Of a stretch of 64,000 bases of DNA, positions 38,687-49,777 are shown one piece after another (position 1 is the stretch's first letter; the number at the start of each line of letters is the position of its first letter). The stretch covers positions 10,109-74,108 of the forward strand of contig CAIJGA010000032.1 of NCBI GenBank assembly GCA_903820085.1, written 5' to 3'. Source of the stretch: an uncultured Chlorobiaceae bacterium. GTDB taxonomy: Bacteria; Bacteroidota; Chlorobiia; Chlorobiales; Chlorobiaceae. The notes under the pieces were generated by a model, which worked only from the letters and a program-made list of their open reading frames with translations, was not told where the DNA came from and ran no database searches. The position numbers and the translations under genes are program-made.

Positions 38687-39574
38687 ATGACAAATATACT
38701 CGGTATAGCTGACAGCCTCTTTAATTCGCTGGAGCATTTTTGGGAGCATAAGCGCACAAAGCGAACTGCGGCAAACGTTTTGATCCTTACTTTTCTCGGT
38801 GCTCTTGCCCTGATAGAGCTTTGCCGTCAGGGATGGCTGCCAGGAGAACTTGCGGCAATTATTCCATCAAGCCACTATTATGCGATCAATATTGCGTTTT
38901 CCATGTTGCTTGGCCTCGAAGTTCTCGGCTTGGTTTTCAGCCTTGCCAACTCGGTTTCAGATTCGGTCGGCAAGCAGTTCGAAATTCTCTCTCTCATTCT
39001 GCTTCGGCAATCTTTTGAGGAATTTATCTACTTTATCGAGCCTTTGGTATGGGTTGAAACATCCAAGCCGGTGTTGCACATCCTTTCCAATGCTGGCGGA
39101 GGACTCCTGATATTTCTGCTGCTTGGCCTTTATTACAAACTTCAGCAACATCGCGTCATTACTCAAAGCTCTGTTACAACAGCAGATTTTATTGCATCAA
39201 AAAAGCTGGTGTCACTTTTTCTTTTGCTCATTTTTATTGGAATAGGCATCACGGATCTCTCATTTTACCTGACAAACCAGCCGACATACGATTTCTTTGC
39301 CATCTTCTATACCACTCTTGTCTTTAGCGATGTGTTGCTGGTGCTGGTTTCTCTCCGTTACAGTTCAAGCTATGAGATTCTCTTTCGCAACTCCGGTTTT
39401 GCAGTTGCCACCGTGGTTGTGCGGCTTGCCTTGACGGCTCCGCCCTTTTTTAATGTCCTTCTCGGGGTCGGGGCAATGGTTTTCGCGATTGGTATTACCT
39501 TTGCCTACAACGGGTTCAAAAAAGCAGAGGCAGCCAAATCGTCACCAGCCGCCTTGCCGCAAGGAGATGCATAA
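38687..39574 (+). CDS. polytopic membrane protein of unknown function
   Basis: 295 aa with about 6-7 hydrophobic helices. Its stop overlaps or abuts the ogt start. Confidence 0.6.
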   Translation: MTNILGIADSLFNSLEHFWEHKRTKRTAANVLILTFLGALALIELCRQGWLPGELAAIIPSSHYYAINIAFSMLLGLEVLGLVFSLANSVSDSVGKQFEILSLILLRQSFEEFIYFIEPLVWVETSKPVLHILSNAGGGLLIFLLLGLYYKLQQHRVITQSSVTTADFIASKKLVSLFLLLIFIGIGITDLSFYLTNQPTYDFFAIFYTTLVFSDVLLVLVSLRYSSSYEILFRNSGFAVATVVVRLALTAPPFFNVLLGVGAMVFAIGITFAYNGFKKAEAAKSSPAALPQGDA

Positions 39575-39578
39575 GAGC

Positions 39579-40055
39579 ATGATTGTCTCATTTCAGCAGA
39601 CCTCAATCGGCAGAATTGCACTGGTGGAGAGCGGATGCGCTATAACCCACCTCTGTTTTGATACGGATAATCTTCCGCAACAAGCCGAAATTGGTGAAAC
39701 GGAGCTGATCAGGGAGGCTTTCCTGCAGCTTGAGGCTTATCTTTCGGGTGAACTGCGGGTATTTTCCGTGCCGGTTGTTCCTTCGGGGACACCCTTTATG
39801 CAGCGGGTCTGGCAAACTCTCTCTGCGATTCCTTATGGGACGACCCTTACCTATTGCGAGATTGCTGACGCGGTGGGAATTCCTTTTGCAGCAAGGGCCG
39901 TGGGGATGGCAAACAACAGAAATCCGGTTCCGGTTTTTATTCCCTGTCACCGGGTTATCGGCCGTAATGGTTCGCTTACCGGATATCGTGGCGGGCTCGG
40001 GTTGAAAAAGAGGTTGCTTGAACTTGAACGGGGAGCGTTAGGTTATAAAATTTAA
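39579..40055 (+). CDS. ogt: methylated-DNA--protein-cysteine methyltransferase
   Basis: Active site IPCHRV and YGTTLTYCEIA. ATG at 39579 (alternative at 39567). Confidence 0.85.
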   Translation: MIVSFQQTSIGRIALVESGCAITHLCFDTDNLPQQAEIGETELIREAFLQLEAYLSGELRVFSVPVVPSGTPFMQRVWQTLSAIPYGTTLTYCEIADAVGIPFAARAVGMANNRNPVPVFIPCHRVIGRNGSLTGYRGGLGLKKRLLELERGALGYKI

Positions 40056-40192
40056 AATGTCATATTTCAGCAGGGTTTTCAGGGCACAGACCGGTATGAT
40101 GGCGGCAGATTTCAGGAACCGTACGTTGCCGGTTGTCAAAGAAATGTAGTGTCGCTTCGGTCTCGGCTGGTTCAGCAGATAATTAAAATGAG

Positions 40193-41368
40193 ATGATGAA
40201 CAAACATTCGATAAAGAGCTTTTTTCGTATTCAGGTTGTTATCGGCATCTGCATACCGATCTTGTTTTCCGGTTGTGCAGGAGGAAACGGTGGCAAAGAT
40301 GGTGAAAAGAAGGGGACTCCAGCCCTTCCGGTGATGACGGTTACTGCAGGAGATGCAACGGTTCGCACAGAATATTCCTCTCTGCTTGAAGGAAAAGTCA
40401 ATGTGGAAATTCGTCCGCAGGTTGACGGGACACTCAGCGCAATCTATGTCGATGAGGGTGCCTTTGTCAAAGCGGGCCAACCTCTCTTTAAAATCGATGA
40501 TCGGGTTTATCGAGAGCAGTACAACAGCGCACTGGCTGCTCAACATGCCGCTGAAGCTTCGCTTGTTGTAGCAAAGCTGAACGAGGAAAAACTGGTTCCG
40601 CTGGTAAAGAATAACGTGATTTCTGATATTCAGCTTAAAACTGCCAGGGCAAACCGTCAGGCGGCCAAAGCGGCGGTGGAGCAGTCGAGAGCTGCCGCTC
40701 GTTCAGCCTTTGTCAATCTGGATTATTCCACCATCAAGGCGCCGGTAAGCGGATACATCGGAAAAATCCCCTTACGGCTTGGCAGTCTGGTCAGCAAAAA
40801 CCAGAGCCAGTGGCTGACACTGCTCAGTGATGTCAGCGAGATTTATGCCTATTTCAGCATGAGCGAAATAGATTTTATGCGGTTCCGTAATCAGTATGAC
40901 GGCGCAACCCTGCAGGACAAGGTGAAGCAGGTTGCACCGGTTTCACTTATCACGGCAGATGGGAATCTCTATGCTGAAAAGGGAACGATCGGGACTATAA
41001 GCGGTCAGTTTGACCAGTCAACCGGTTCGGTCAGGATCAGGGCGGTTTTTCCTAATCAGGGGGGGCTGTTGCGTTCCGGCAATACCGGAAAGGTAGTTAT
41101 TGAGTCATTCTACCATAATGTGTTGCTGGTTCCGCAGGCTGCAACGGTTGAGTTGCAGGACAAGGTTTTTGTTTTCCTCCTTGGTAAAGGCAATATGGTA
41201 AACAAGCAGGTGATTACGGTTTCAGGCAAGAGCGATAACCATTATATCGTCAGTTCCGGACTGAAACAGGGTGATATTATTGTGACTGCCGGTACCGAAA
41301 AACTGCCGGATGGTACGGTTATCAAGCCGGTCAAAAGTGCGCCGGTTGCAGGGGAGGCTCGGCAATGA
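40193..41368 (+). CDS. RND efflux periplasmic adaptor (membrane fusion) lipoprotein
   Basis: Lipobox FSGC with the biotinyl-lipoyl/alpha-hairpin/beta-barrel pattern of the AcrA family. Confidence 0.9.
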   Translation: MMNKHSIKSFFRIQVVIGICIPILFSGCAGGNGGKDGEKKGTPALPVMTVTAGDATVRTEYSSLLEGKVNVEIRPQVDGTLSAIYVDEGAFVKAGQPLFKIDDRVYREQYNSALAAQHAAEASLVVAKLNEEKLVPLVKNNVISDIQLKTARANRQAAKAAVEQSRAAARSAFVNLDYSTIKAPVSGYIGKIPLRLGSLVSKNQSQWLTLLSDVSEIYAYFSMSEIDFMRFRNQYDGATLQDKVKQVAPVSLITADGNLYAEKGTIGTISGQFDQSTGSVRIRAVFPNQGGLLRSGNTGKVVIESFYHNVLLVPQAATVELQDKVFVFLLGKGNMVNKQVITVSGKSDNHYIVSSGLKQGDIIVTAGTEKLPDGTVIKPVKSAPVAGEARQ

Positions 41369-41422
41369 GTGAAAGTGTAACAGTTATCCGTAACGGGCTC
41401 CAGACGCTAAACCAACCTATAC

Positions 41423-44400
41423 ATGTTTGAACGTTTTATATCAAGGCCTGTTCTTGCTACAGTCATATCGATAATCCTCGTTATTCTTGGCATTGTCGGC
41501 ATTAACCAGCTTTCGATTACCCGCTTTCCTGATATTGCGCCTCCGAGCGTAGCGGTCTCTGCGAGTTATCCCGGCGCAAGCGCCGAAACGGTTGGCCGTT
41601 CCGTTGCTCCTCCGCTTGAGGAGGCAATCAACGGGGTTGAAAACATGACCTACATGACCTCGACCTCCGCCAATGACGGCTCGCTCTCCATTGCGGTCTT
41701 TTTCAAGCAGGGTACCAATCCCGACCAGGCGGCTGTCAACGTGCAGAACCGGGTTGCGCAGGCCGCAAGCAGGCTCCCTGCCGAGGTCAACCAGATCGGC
41801 GTCTCGACTGTCAAGCGCCAGAACAGCCAGATCATGCTGATCACGCTCTCAAGCAGTTTAAAGGCATTTGACCAGATCTTTTTGCAGAACTATGCCAAGA
41901 TCAATATTGTCGATGATCTGGCACGCGTTCCCGGTGTCGGGCAGGTTTCGGTATACGGCAACATGGATTATGCTATGCGTATCTGGCTGCGCCCGCAGCA
42001 GATGGCGGCCTACAGGGTAACGCCTCAGGAGGTATCAGCCGCCATCCAAAGCCAGAACCTTGAAGCGGCTCCGGGCTCGTTCGGCGAGAACAGTACCCAG
42101 GCAATGCAGTATGTGATGAAGTACAAGGGGAAGAACGCCTATCCGGGGGACTATGAAGATATTGTGATCCGTACCAATCCGGACGGGTCGCTCCTCAAAC
42201 TTGGCGATATCGCCCGTGTTGAGTTCGGTGCCTACCGCTATACGGTCGATACCAAGGCAAACGGTGCTCCGGGTGTGGTCCTTGCCGTCTATCAGGCGCC
42301 GGGCTCAAACGCCAACAAGGTTGAAACGGGTCTTCGCAAGGTACTTGAGAAAGCGTCCGGAACCTTTCCTGCAGGCATCAACTATTCGATTCCATTCAGC
42401 TCCAAAAAGGTGGTCGATGAGTCGATTGTTCAGGTGGAGCACACGCTGATCGAGGCATTTCTTTTGGTTTTTCTTGTTGTCTTTCTCTTTCTGCAGGATT
42501 TCCGTTCCACCATCATTCCCGCCATTGCCGTGCCGGTTGCCATTATCGGCACCTTTTTCTTCATGAACCTCTTCGGATTTTCCATCAACGTCCTGACGCT
42601 TTTCGGCCTGGTACTGGCCATCGGCATTGTTGTTGATGATGCCATTGTGGTCGTTGAGGCGGTTCATGCAAAAATGGAACAGAAAAACTATCCGGCCAAG
42701 GTGGCCACCGTTTCAGCCATGCGGGAAATTACCACTGCGATCGTTACCATTACCCTCGTGATGGCTTCGGTTTTTCTGCCGGTCGGATTTCTTGAAGGTT
42801 CAACCGGTGTTTTCTATCGGCAGTTCGCCTTCACCCTTGCCATAGCCATTCTGATTTCAGCGGTCAATGCACTGACCCTGAGCCCTGCGCTCTGCGCCCT
42901 CTTTCTCACCAATCTGCATGATGCTGATGGCATGGGAAAAGCTGGGAAACTGAAAAAACTGGGCGGCTTCGGTCACCGGTTTTTTACCGGGTTCAACACT
43001 GGATTCAATGTTCTGAAGCGCAAGTATCTCGGTTCCATTGTCTATCTGATCCGCAACAAGCGCGTCACCTATACGCTTCTGGGGCTTATTGTTGCACTCT
43101 CTTTCTGGATGTTCAGGGTGACGCCGACCGGGTTCATACCTGACGAGGATAACGGTTTTGTGATTGTCTCTGTTTCCCTGCCTGCCGGCGCTTCCTTTGC
43201 ACGAACTCGGGCCGTCATGGACAAGGCGGCAGCAACTCTGGGCACCCTGCCGGCAATAAAAAAAGTGATAGCCGTTGCCGGTATCAATGTGCTTTCCAGA
43301 AGTTCATCACCCTCATCCGGCCTTCTTTTCCTCCAGTTAAAAGATACCAAAGAGCGTGGGCCCGACGGTCATATCAAGAAGATTCTTGCCACTATTACCC
43401 GGAAACTTTCCGGCAGGGAGGGCTCTTTCTTTGCCCTTGCCCAGCCGACGGTTCCCGGCTTCAGTACCGTCAGCGGTCTTGAGTTTGTCGTGCAGGATCG
43501 CAGCGGGGGCCCGCTCGATAAGCTGGGCAATGTTGCGCAGGGCTTTATCGGCGAACTGATGAAACGCCCGGAAATTGGCTTTGCTTTCACCACATTCAAG
43601 GCAACCAATCCCCAGTATGAACTGGTTGTGGATAATATCAAGGCCGGTCAGCTCGGGGTCAATGTCAAGGAAGTGCTGACCGTCCTGCAGGCTTACTACG
43701 GCAGCATGCAGGCTTCCGATTTCAACCGTTTCGGCAAATACTACAGGGTAGTAATGCAGGCGGAACCGGGGGAACGCTCCGAACCGGCCTCTCTGAATGG
43801 CATCTTTGTCAAGAATTCTGGCGGCAGCATGGTGCCCGTCTCGTCCATTATTACCCTGAAGCGGGTTTACGGAACCGAATCGGTTGACCATTTCAACATG
43901 TTCAATGCCGTTTCCGTTAATGCAACGGTTAAACCCGGCTTCAGTACCGGTCAGGCCATCAAGGCCGTTGAAGAGGTTTCCAAAACCCATCTTCCTCTGG
44001 GTTATACCTACGACTGGAAGGGTCAAAGCCGCGAGGAACTGGAATCCACCGGCGGGCTGCTCTTTATCTTCATGCTCTCGGTCGTCTTTGTCTACTTTCT
44101 CCTTGCCGCACTTTACGAGAGCTATCTGCTTCCCCTTGCGGTGATGTTTTCCATTCCGACCGGGTTGCTTGGAGTCTTTATAGGCATCAAGCTTGCCGGG
44201 GTCGAGAACAATATCTATGTCCAGGTTGCCGTTATCATGCTGATCGGGCTTCTGGCGAAGAATGCCATTCTGATTGTTGAGTTCGCCCTGCAGCGGAGGG
44301 TCGCCGGAAGTTCGCTCTCAGCCGCAGCCATTGAGGGAGCAAAGGCGAGGCTCCGGCCGATTCTTATGACCTCCCTTGCCTTTGTTGCAGGGCTGCTCCC

Positions 44401-44635
44401 GCTTCTCTTTGTAACCGGTCCGGCTGCTCTGGGCAACCACTCCATTGGCGCAGCGGCTATAGGAGGCATGTTTATTGGTATGGTACTCGGTATTTTTGTA
44501 GTGCCGGTGCTCTTTGTGACCTTCCAGCACCTTCAGGAGCGCATTACCGGCCCTGCATCGGTCATCGTCGAGGCCGGGGATCTGCTCGAAGCAGTTGTCA
44601 GTAACGAAAAAGAGAACGCACGGCAGCCATCATGA
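41423..44635 (+). CDS. RND (HAE1, AcrB-like) efflux permease
   Basis: 1070 aa, FISRPV N-terminus, 12-TM architecture with two large periplasmic loops. Confidence 0.95.
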   Translation: MFERFISRPVLATVISIILVILGIVGINQLSITRFPDIAPPSVAVSASYPGASAETVGRSVAPPLEEAINGVENMTYMTSTSANDGSLSIAVFFKQGTNPDQAAVNVQNRVAQAASRLPAEVNQIGVSTVKRQNSQIMLITLSSSLKAFDQIFLQNYAKINIVDDLARVPGVGQVSVYGNMDYAMRIWLRPQQMAAYRVTPQEVSAAIQSQNLEAAPGSFGENSTQAMQYVMKYKGKNAYPGDYEDIVIRTNPDGSLLKLGDIARVEFGAYRYTVDTKANGAPGVVLAVYQAPGSNANKVETGLRKVLEKASGTFPAGINYSIPFSSKKVVDESIVQVEHTLIEAFLLVFLVVFLFLQDFRSTIIPAIAVPVAIIGTFFFMNLFGFSINVLTLFGLVLAIGIVVDDAIVVVEAVHAKMEQKNYPAKVATVSAMREITTAIVTITLVMASVFLPVGFLEGSTGVFYRQFAFTLAIAILISAVNALTLSPALCALFLTNLHDADGMGKAGKLKKLGGFGHRFFTGFNTGFNVLKRKYLGSIVYLIRNKRVTYTLLGLIVALSFWMFRVTPTGFIPDEDNGFVIVSVSLPAGASFARTRAVMDKAAATLGTLPAIKKVIAVAGINVLSRSSSPSSGLLFLQLKDTKERGPDGHIKKILATITRKLSGREGSFFALAQPTVPGFSTVSGLEFVVQDRSGGPLDKLGNVAQGFIGELMKRPEIGFAFTTFKATNPQYELVVDNIKAGQLGVNVKEVLTVLQAYYGSMQASDFNRFGKYYRVVMQAEPGERSEPASLNGIFVKNSGGSMVPVSSIITLKRVYGTESVDHFNMFNAVSVNATVKPGFSTGQAIKAVEEVSKTHLPLGYTYDWKGQSREELESTGGLLFIFMLSVVFVYFLLAALYESYLLPLAVMFSIPTGLLGVFIGIKLAGVENNIYVQVAVIMLIGLLAKNAILIVEFALQRRVAGSSLSAAAIEGAKARLRPILMTSLAFVAGLLPLLFVTGPAALGNHSIGAAAIGGMFIGMVLGIFVVPVLFVTFQHLQERITGPASVIVEAGDLLEAVVSNEKENARQPS

Positions 44636-44663
44636 CACGTAACGCTGAATTAACGCTTAACCT

Positions 44664-46073
44664 ATGAGAATGCCGGCTAAGGATTTATTGAAAAGGATAT
44701 TGCAGCTTCTGCTGCTTGTCAGCCTTTCAGCATGTGGTGTCACCCACGAGTATAAAACGCCGGATGTAGCTTTTCCTGAGGGCTACCGAGGGGGTCTCAC
44801 CCCGGCAAAAGGCAATCAGCCGGAATCATCAGTAGCCTTGCTTCCCTACAGCAGTTTTTTTGCTGATAAAACGTTGTGCGCTCTTATTGACAGTGCACTC
44901 GCCAATAATTTGGACCTGCAGGTGGCTCTTAAAAATATCGACTATGCCCGCCAAACCCTTCATTCCTCAAGGCTCGGACTTCTGCCAACCCTTAATGTCG
45001 GTATACAGAATACCCGAACCCATCCCTCGGATAACGGGGCAAAAACAAATGTTGACGACTACTCAGCCTCGGCAACATCATCATGGGAGGCGGATATCTG
45101 GGGGAAAATCCGCAGCAGAAACAAGTCAGCTCTGGCATCTTACCTGAAGACGCAGGAAGCAGCCAAAGCGGTACGTACCCGCTTGGTGGCCGACATCGCC
45201 TCAGGGTATTACACGCTGCTCATGCTCGATGTTCAGCTTGAAAGCTCAAAAAAAAATCTGGCCCTTGCCGACACGACGGTGAAGATGATCGGGCTTCAGT
45301 ACCAAGCCGGTCAGGTTACCTCCCTTGCCGTTCAGCAGCAGGAGGCGTTAAGGCAGTCGATAGCTGGATCACTTCCGGCGATTGAACAGAAGATAGCGGT
45401 TCAGGAAAATGCGCTCAGTATTCTTTGCGGCAGAATGCCGGGAGCTATTGGGCGGGACCGCGCACTTTTTACCACCAAAGTGGCCGATGCGCTTCCCGCC
45501 GGAATTCCTGCCGCCCTGCTGCAGAACCGTCCAGATGTCCGTGGTGCGGAACTGGCTGTCAGGGGAGCCCATGCTGATATGGGCGAAGCCAAAGCCGCTC
45601 TCTATCCTTCGCTTACGGTTACCGCCTCAGGCGGCGTCGAGGCATTCAAAACAAGCCAGTGGTTTACCCTTCCCGGCTCACTTTTCGGTCTTGTGCAGGG
45701 TGCGCTGGTACAGCCTGTTTTTCAGCGCGGCCAGTTGAAAGCAAAGTATGAACAGTCCAGAATAAAAAGGGAACAGGCCGAACTCGAATTCAAGCAGTCG
45801 TTGCTCAAAGCTGTCGGGGAGGTTTCCGATGCGCTGGTACAGCTCGAAAAGGTGAAGTTGCAGGAAGCAATTGCCGAGCAGAGGGTTGCAACATTGCATA
45901 AAGCCGTTTCAGATGCCTCCATGCTTTTCAACAGCGGCATGGCGACCTACCTTGAAGTCATGATGGCTCAAACAAATACCCTCCAGGCTGAACTTGATCT
46001 TGCCAGTCTCCGCCGTCAGCATCTTACTGCCATGGCTGAGCTCTATCGTTCACTCGGCGGCGGCTGGCGATAA
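44664..46073 (+). CDS. RND efflux outer membrane factor lipoprotein (NodT family)
   Basis: Lipobox LSAC, tandem TolC-like repeats, and the C-terminal LYRSLGGGW. Confidence 0.9.
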   Translation: MRMPAKDLLKRILQLLLLVSLSACGVTHEYKTPDVAFPEGYRGGLTPAKGNQPESSVALLPYSSFFADKTLCALIDSALANNLDLQVALKNIDYARQTLHSSRLGLLPTLNVGIQNTRTHPSDNGAKTNVDDYSASATSSWEADIWGKIRSRNKSALASYLKTQEAAKAVRTRLVADIASGYYTLLMLDVQLESSKKNLALADTTVKMIGLQYQAGQVTSLAVQQQEALRQSIAGSLPAIEQKIAVQENALSILCGRMPGAIGRDRALFTTKVADALPAGIPAALLQNRPDVRGAELAVRGAHADMGEAKAALYPSLTVTASGGVEAFKTSQWFTLPGSLFGLVQGALVQPVFQRGQLKAKYEQSRIKREQAELEFKQSLLKAVGEVSDALVQLEKVKLQEAIAEQRVATLHKAVSDASMLFNSGMATYLEVMMAQTNTLQAELDLASLRRQHLTAMAELYRSLGGGWR

Positions 46074-46172
46074 ATGTTTGCCTGCATGGAATTGTTTCCG
46101 GCAGTTGGGTGTTTATGGGTAAGAAATACTTAACATATTACTAAATATCAGGATAAAGAATTCTAATAGCGC

Positions 46173-46973
46173 ATGGATACAACACGATACAATGCTACGG
46201 TTGTCGGTAAAATCATGATTACTCCAGATCTGATGATTTTTCGGCTTGATACCGATGAAGCAAGAGAGGAGTTCGAAGCAGGACAGAATCTGTTGCTTGG
46301 TCTTTACGGATTCGAGAAACGTTCACCAAACTCTGAACCGGAACTGGTTCCTGCAGTGGAAGAGAAGCTTATTCAGCGCCCCTATTCAATCGCCTCGGCA
46401 AAGACCGAGACCCGGCAACTCGAGTTTTACATTTCACAGGTCAAATCCGGTCAGCTCACCTCAAGACTTTTCAATCTCAATGTTGGAGACAGGGTTTACG
46501 TCGGCACAAAGATCAGCGGCATTTTCCGCCTTGATGAAACACCTGACGGCAGCGATATTGTCATGGTGGCCACAGGAACCGGTATTGCACCCTATATCAG
46601 CTTTTTGCGCTCCCATATCGTTGAACGCCCGGAAAGCAAAATGGTGGTGATCCAGGGTGCTGCTCATCGCTGGGATCTTGGCTATTCCAGTGAACTCACG
46701 TTCCTCGAAAAAAGCTTTGCCAACTTTTTTTATGTACCAACCCTTACCGATGCTGATGACCGCTGGGACGGGTATAAGTTGTGTATTGAGGATCTCTTGA
46801 GAAATGATGTCCTGCAGAACGAGTTTAACATAACGCCTGATCCCGAACGGACTCACTTTTTTGTCAGCGGACAGCCTGAAATGGTTGGCCGTGTAGCAGA
46901 GTGGTTGCATGATTATGGATACACTCGACATCATCCCGACGATCCAGGAGAGCTGTATATCGAGGAGTTCTGA
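46173..46973 (+). CDS. Fpr-type ferredoxin/flavodoxin--NADP+ reductase family protein
   Basis: FAD motif RPYSIAS and NADP motif MVATGTGIAP. Confidence 0.8.
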   Translation: MDTTRYNATVVGKIMITPDLMIFRLDTDEAREEFEAGQNLLLGLYGFEKRSPNSEPELVPAVEEKLIQRPYSIASAKTETRQLEFYISQVKSGQLTSRLFNLNVGDRVYVGTKISGIFRLDETPDGSDIVMVATGTGIAPYISFLRSHIVERPESKMVVIQGAAHRWDLGYSSELTFLEKSFANFFYVPTLTDADDRWDGYKLCIEDLLRNDVLQNEFNITPDPERTHFFVSGQPEMVGRVAEWLHDYGYTRHHPDDPGELYIEEF

Positions 46974-47009
46974 TAGGAAGTTTTCAGGAGCGTGAGAACG
47001 AAGGTGGTG

Positions 47010-47083
47010 TGGACAATAAAGGACTCGAACCTTTGACCTCTCGCGTGTGAGGCGAACGCTCTAACCAACTGAGCTAATTGTCC
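47010..47083 (-). tRNA. tRNA-Val (anticodon CAC)
   Basis: The reverse complement folds as a cloverleaf: acceptor GGACAAT/ATTGTCC, D arm GCTC-AGTTGGTTA-GAGC, anticodon arm TTCGC-CTCACAC-GCGAG, T arm AAAGG-TTCGAGT-CCTTT, discriminator A. Confidence 0.9.
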
Positions 47084-47268
47084 ATAATAAGTCAGCAACA
47101 GTATAGGGCTTGAGAGCCATTTTTGCAATGCGCCATCTCATTTATTTTCAGGTTATGGGGAGCGGTGCAGATTTTTTTGTCCTGTTGTTGCGCGGGTCTT
47201 CTTTTTTTGAATCCGGTGATTTGTTAGATTAGAATATTGATATCGCCATTCAAACTAATCACGAAAAC

Positions 47269-47463
47269 ATGCTTAGAAAAGTTGTTGGCCCCGCGATTCT
47301 GCTTGCTCCTGTAGCCGCTCCGGTTCTTCATGGGCTGACTGGCATAGCGGTTGTAGGCCTTGGCCTGTTTGCGGCTGGCACTGTTGTTGCCAAAACAGTG
47401 AGTGCCTTGACAGCCCCTCCCAAACCCCGGAATCCGGTAGAGGAACCACCACCGGTCAAGTGA
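47269..47463 (+). CDS. small hydrophobic protein (hypothetical)
   Basis: 64 aa with two hydrophobic stretches and a Pro-rich tail. There is no competing ORF. Weak evidence. Confidence 0.35.
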   Translation: MLRKVVGPAILLAPVAAPVLHGLTGIAVVGLGLFAAGTVVAKTVSALTAPPKPRNPVEEPPPVK

Positions 47464-47469
47464 CGCAGT

Positions 47470-49632
47470 TCATTGCTGGAGTTGCCTGAACTGGTTTTTC
47501 AGTGAATCGAGCATGCTTGAAAGCTGTTGCGGATTTTTGGTGGGAGCGTGGCAGCTTCTGTCAACACAGAGGTATGCTGTTGCTTTACCATTGTCCGCGT
47601 CAATAATTGCCGCATGTTGAGGCATCATCAGGGAGCTCTCCTTTGATGCATGGCTCAGTATGGCGCCTGGCAGATACTGGTCATAAACAGCGTCTCTCAG
47701 TCTCCTCATGCTGGGGGAATCAAGAGGTCCTGAAAAAACAAGGTGCACCTTTCTTTGTTCTGCAAAATTCTTTGCCACCAGCATCTGCGGCAGAGCGTTG
47801 CTGTTTTCAGCAAGCATGGCACCACAGGCGTTGATGGTCTCTTCAGCCTTCCGGCTGAACTCCTCTTTTCCCGTCATCTCAGCAAGTCGCAGCAGGTTCA
47901 GTGCGGTGACCGAATTTGCCGAGGGCTCTGCTCCGTCATACTCTTCCTTGAGTCTCAACGGCACCGTATGGTCATCAAAGGCTGTGCTGAAATATCCTCC
48001 CTGTATCTCGTCGTAAAAGAGGGTGTTCTGCAGTTCAGCCAGTTCCAGAGCTGTTTTGAGATAGCCGGTTTCAAACGAGGCTTCATAGAGGTCGATCAGC
48101 GCCTGAACAAAAAAGGCATAATCTTCAGCTTTGCCTGGAATGGCCGCATCGCCCTCTCGATACCGGCGAAGCAAACGTCCTTTGGTGCGGTCAAAGAGCT
48201 TTTCAAGAATAAAGTCAGCAGCTTTGCGTGCTGCTGCAAGGCAGGCCTCGTCATGCAGCACCTGATAGCCCTTAGCCAAGGCTGAAACCATCAGCCCGTT
48301 CCATGCCGTAAGTATTTTATCATCAAGAAAAGGTCTTGGCCTTCTGCTTCTTGCTGTGTAAAGCCTTGTTCGGGAATTTTCAAGCGCTGCCCGGATCTCT
48401 TCTGCTCCTTTTCCGAATTTTTCAGCGATTTCCTCAATAGTTGCCTGCTGCATCAGGATGTTTTTGCCCTTGAACTCTCCATGCGGATCGTGCAGGGCAT
48501 TTCCTTCAGCCCTGACGCCATAGGTAAACGAAAAAATTGCAGCAAGCTCTTCGTCACCGAGAATTTCCCGGATCTCTTGGTCACTCCAGAGATAAAATGC
48601 TCCCTCCTGCTTCTGCCCGCTCCCATGACCAGCAAGGCTGTCGGCATCTTCCGCAGAGTAGAAGCCTCCTTCAGGCGATTGCATGTCGCAAAGCACATAG
48701 TTGATGATATCTTCCGCTACGGCTTTGTAGAAAGGCTCTTTGCTGCACTGGTAGGCCTCAAGAAAGGAACTAGCCAGTTGGGCATTGTCGTAGAGCATCT
48801 TTTCAAAATGAGGCACATGCCAGCGCTCATCGGTGGAGTAGCGCGCAAAACCTCCGCCACCTTTGCCGGCAACGGCCAGATGGTCGTGAATTCCTCCGTC
48901 AGCCATTTTGCGAAGGGTGTGCAGTGCCATGGAGAGTGCTTTATTGTTTCCGGTATGGTAGGAGTGGTTGAACAGAAAGTTCAGAAGCACCGGGCGCGGG
49001 AATTTTGGGGCGCCGCCGAATCCTCCGAACTTATGGTCAAAGTTTGCTTCAAGCCATTCGAAACAATTCTTCTGAGCCTCCTCAGTGCCGGGCATGGAGA
49101 AGGGAGTTTCCCTTGACACTTCACCGAGAGCGGCAAAGAAGCTGCCGGATGCCGCAATGATTTTTTCCCGGTCACCCTCCCAGAGGCGGGCGATGGAGAA
49201 GAGGACGGTTTTAAATCCCGGCATGCCGTACCGCTCTTCAGGGGGGAAATAGCTGCCACCGTAAAAAGGTTTAAGTTCCGGGGTCAGCCAGACCGACATC
49301 GGCCAGCCGCCTCGTCCGGTGGTTGACTGGACATAGTTCATATAGAGGCGGTCGAGGTCGGGAAGCTCTTCGCGATCGACCTTTACCGGAACAAAATAGG
49401 CGTTCAGCACTCCGGCAATGTCAGGATTTTCAAATGATTCCTCTTCCATCACATGGCACCAGTGGCAGGTTGAATAGCCGACCGAGAGGAAGATGGGCTT
49501 CTCTTCTGCTCTTGCCTTTTTAAAGGCCTCCTCTCCCCACGCCATCCAGGCAACCGGGTTCAGTGCGTGTTGCAGCAGATAGGGGCTTTTTTCCTCTATA
49601 AGTCGGTTGGGCTTTTTTTCCGGTGAAGTCAT
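47470..49632 (-). CDS. thioredoxin-domain protein of the DUF255/YyaL (SPATA20-like) family
   Basis: [21 protein letters not shown]...[10 protein letters not shown] followed by a large six-hairpin-like region. Start chosen at 49632 (the ORF track extends to 49761). Confidence 0.85.
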   Translation of the reverse strand: MTSPEKKPNRLIEEKSPYLLQHALNPVAWMAWGEEAFKKARAEEKPIFLSVGYSTCHWCHVMEEESFENPDIAGVLNAYFVPVKVDREELPDLDRLYMNYVQSTTGRGGWPMSVWLTPELKPFYGGSYFPPEERYGMPGFKTVLFSIARLWEGDREKIIAASGSFFAALGEVSRETPFSMPGTEEAQKNCFEWLEANFDHKFGGFGGAPKFPRPVLLNFLFNHSYHTGNNKALSMALHTLRKMADGGIHDHLAVAGKGGGGFARYSTDERWHVPHFEKMLYDNAQLASSFLEAYQCSKEPFYKAVAEDIINYVLCDMQSPEGGFYSAEDADSLAGHGSGQKQEGAFYLWSDQEIREILGDEELAAIFSFTYGVRAEGNALHDPHGEFKGKNILMQQATIEEIAEKFGKGAEEIRAALENSRTRLYTARSRRPRPFLDDKILTAWNGLMVSALAKGYQVLHDEACLAAARKAADFILEKLFDRTKGRLLRRYREGDAAIPGKAEDYAFFVQALIDLYEASFETGYLKTALELAELQNTLFYDEIQGGYFSTAFDDHTVPLRLKEEYDGAEPSANSVTALNLLRLAEMTGKEEFSRKAEETINACGAMLAENSNALPQMLVAKNFAEQRKVHLVFSGPLDSPSMRRLRDAVYDQYLPGAILSHASKESSLMMPQHAAIIDADNGKATAYLCVDRSCHAPTKNPQQLSSMLDSLKNQFRQLQQ

Positions 49633-49777
49633 GATGGGGGAGTCATCCGATAGTTTGCGGGAACACTTATGGATAGAAGAACCGTCAACGAAGGGTTGAA
49701 AGTTCTTCATTGCTGAAACCATCAGCGGACTCTGCCGGTTATAGGTGGTGAGTTTCATCAATTAACAGTGTTTAACG

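Noticed and set aside
43337-44026. 229-aa minus-strand ORF
   Set aside because: It is antisense to the RND permease gene.
47004-47009. Apparent ...ACACCA after the tRNA-Val acceptor stem, a possible encoded CCA
   Set aside because: The discriminator A is followed by CACCA, so CCA is not directly encoded at positions 74-76. I kept the tRNA end at the discriminator.
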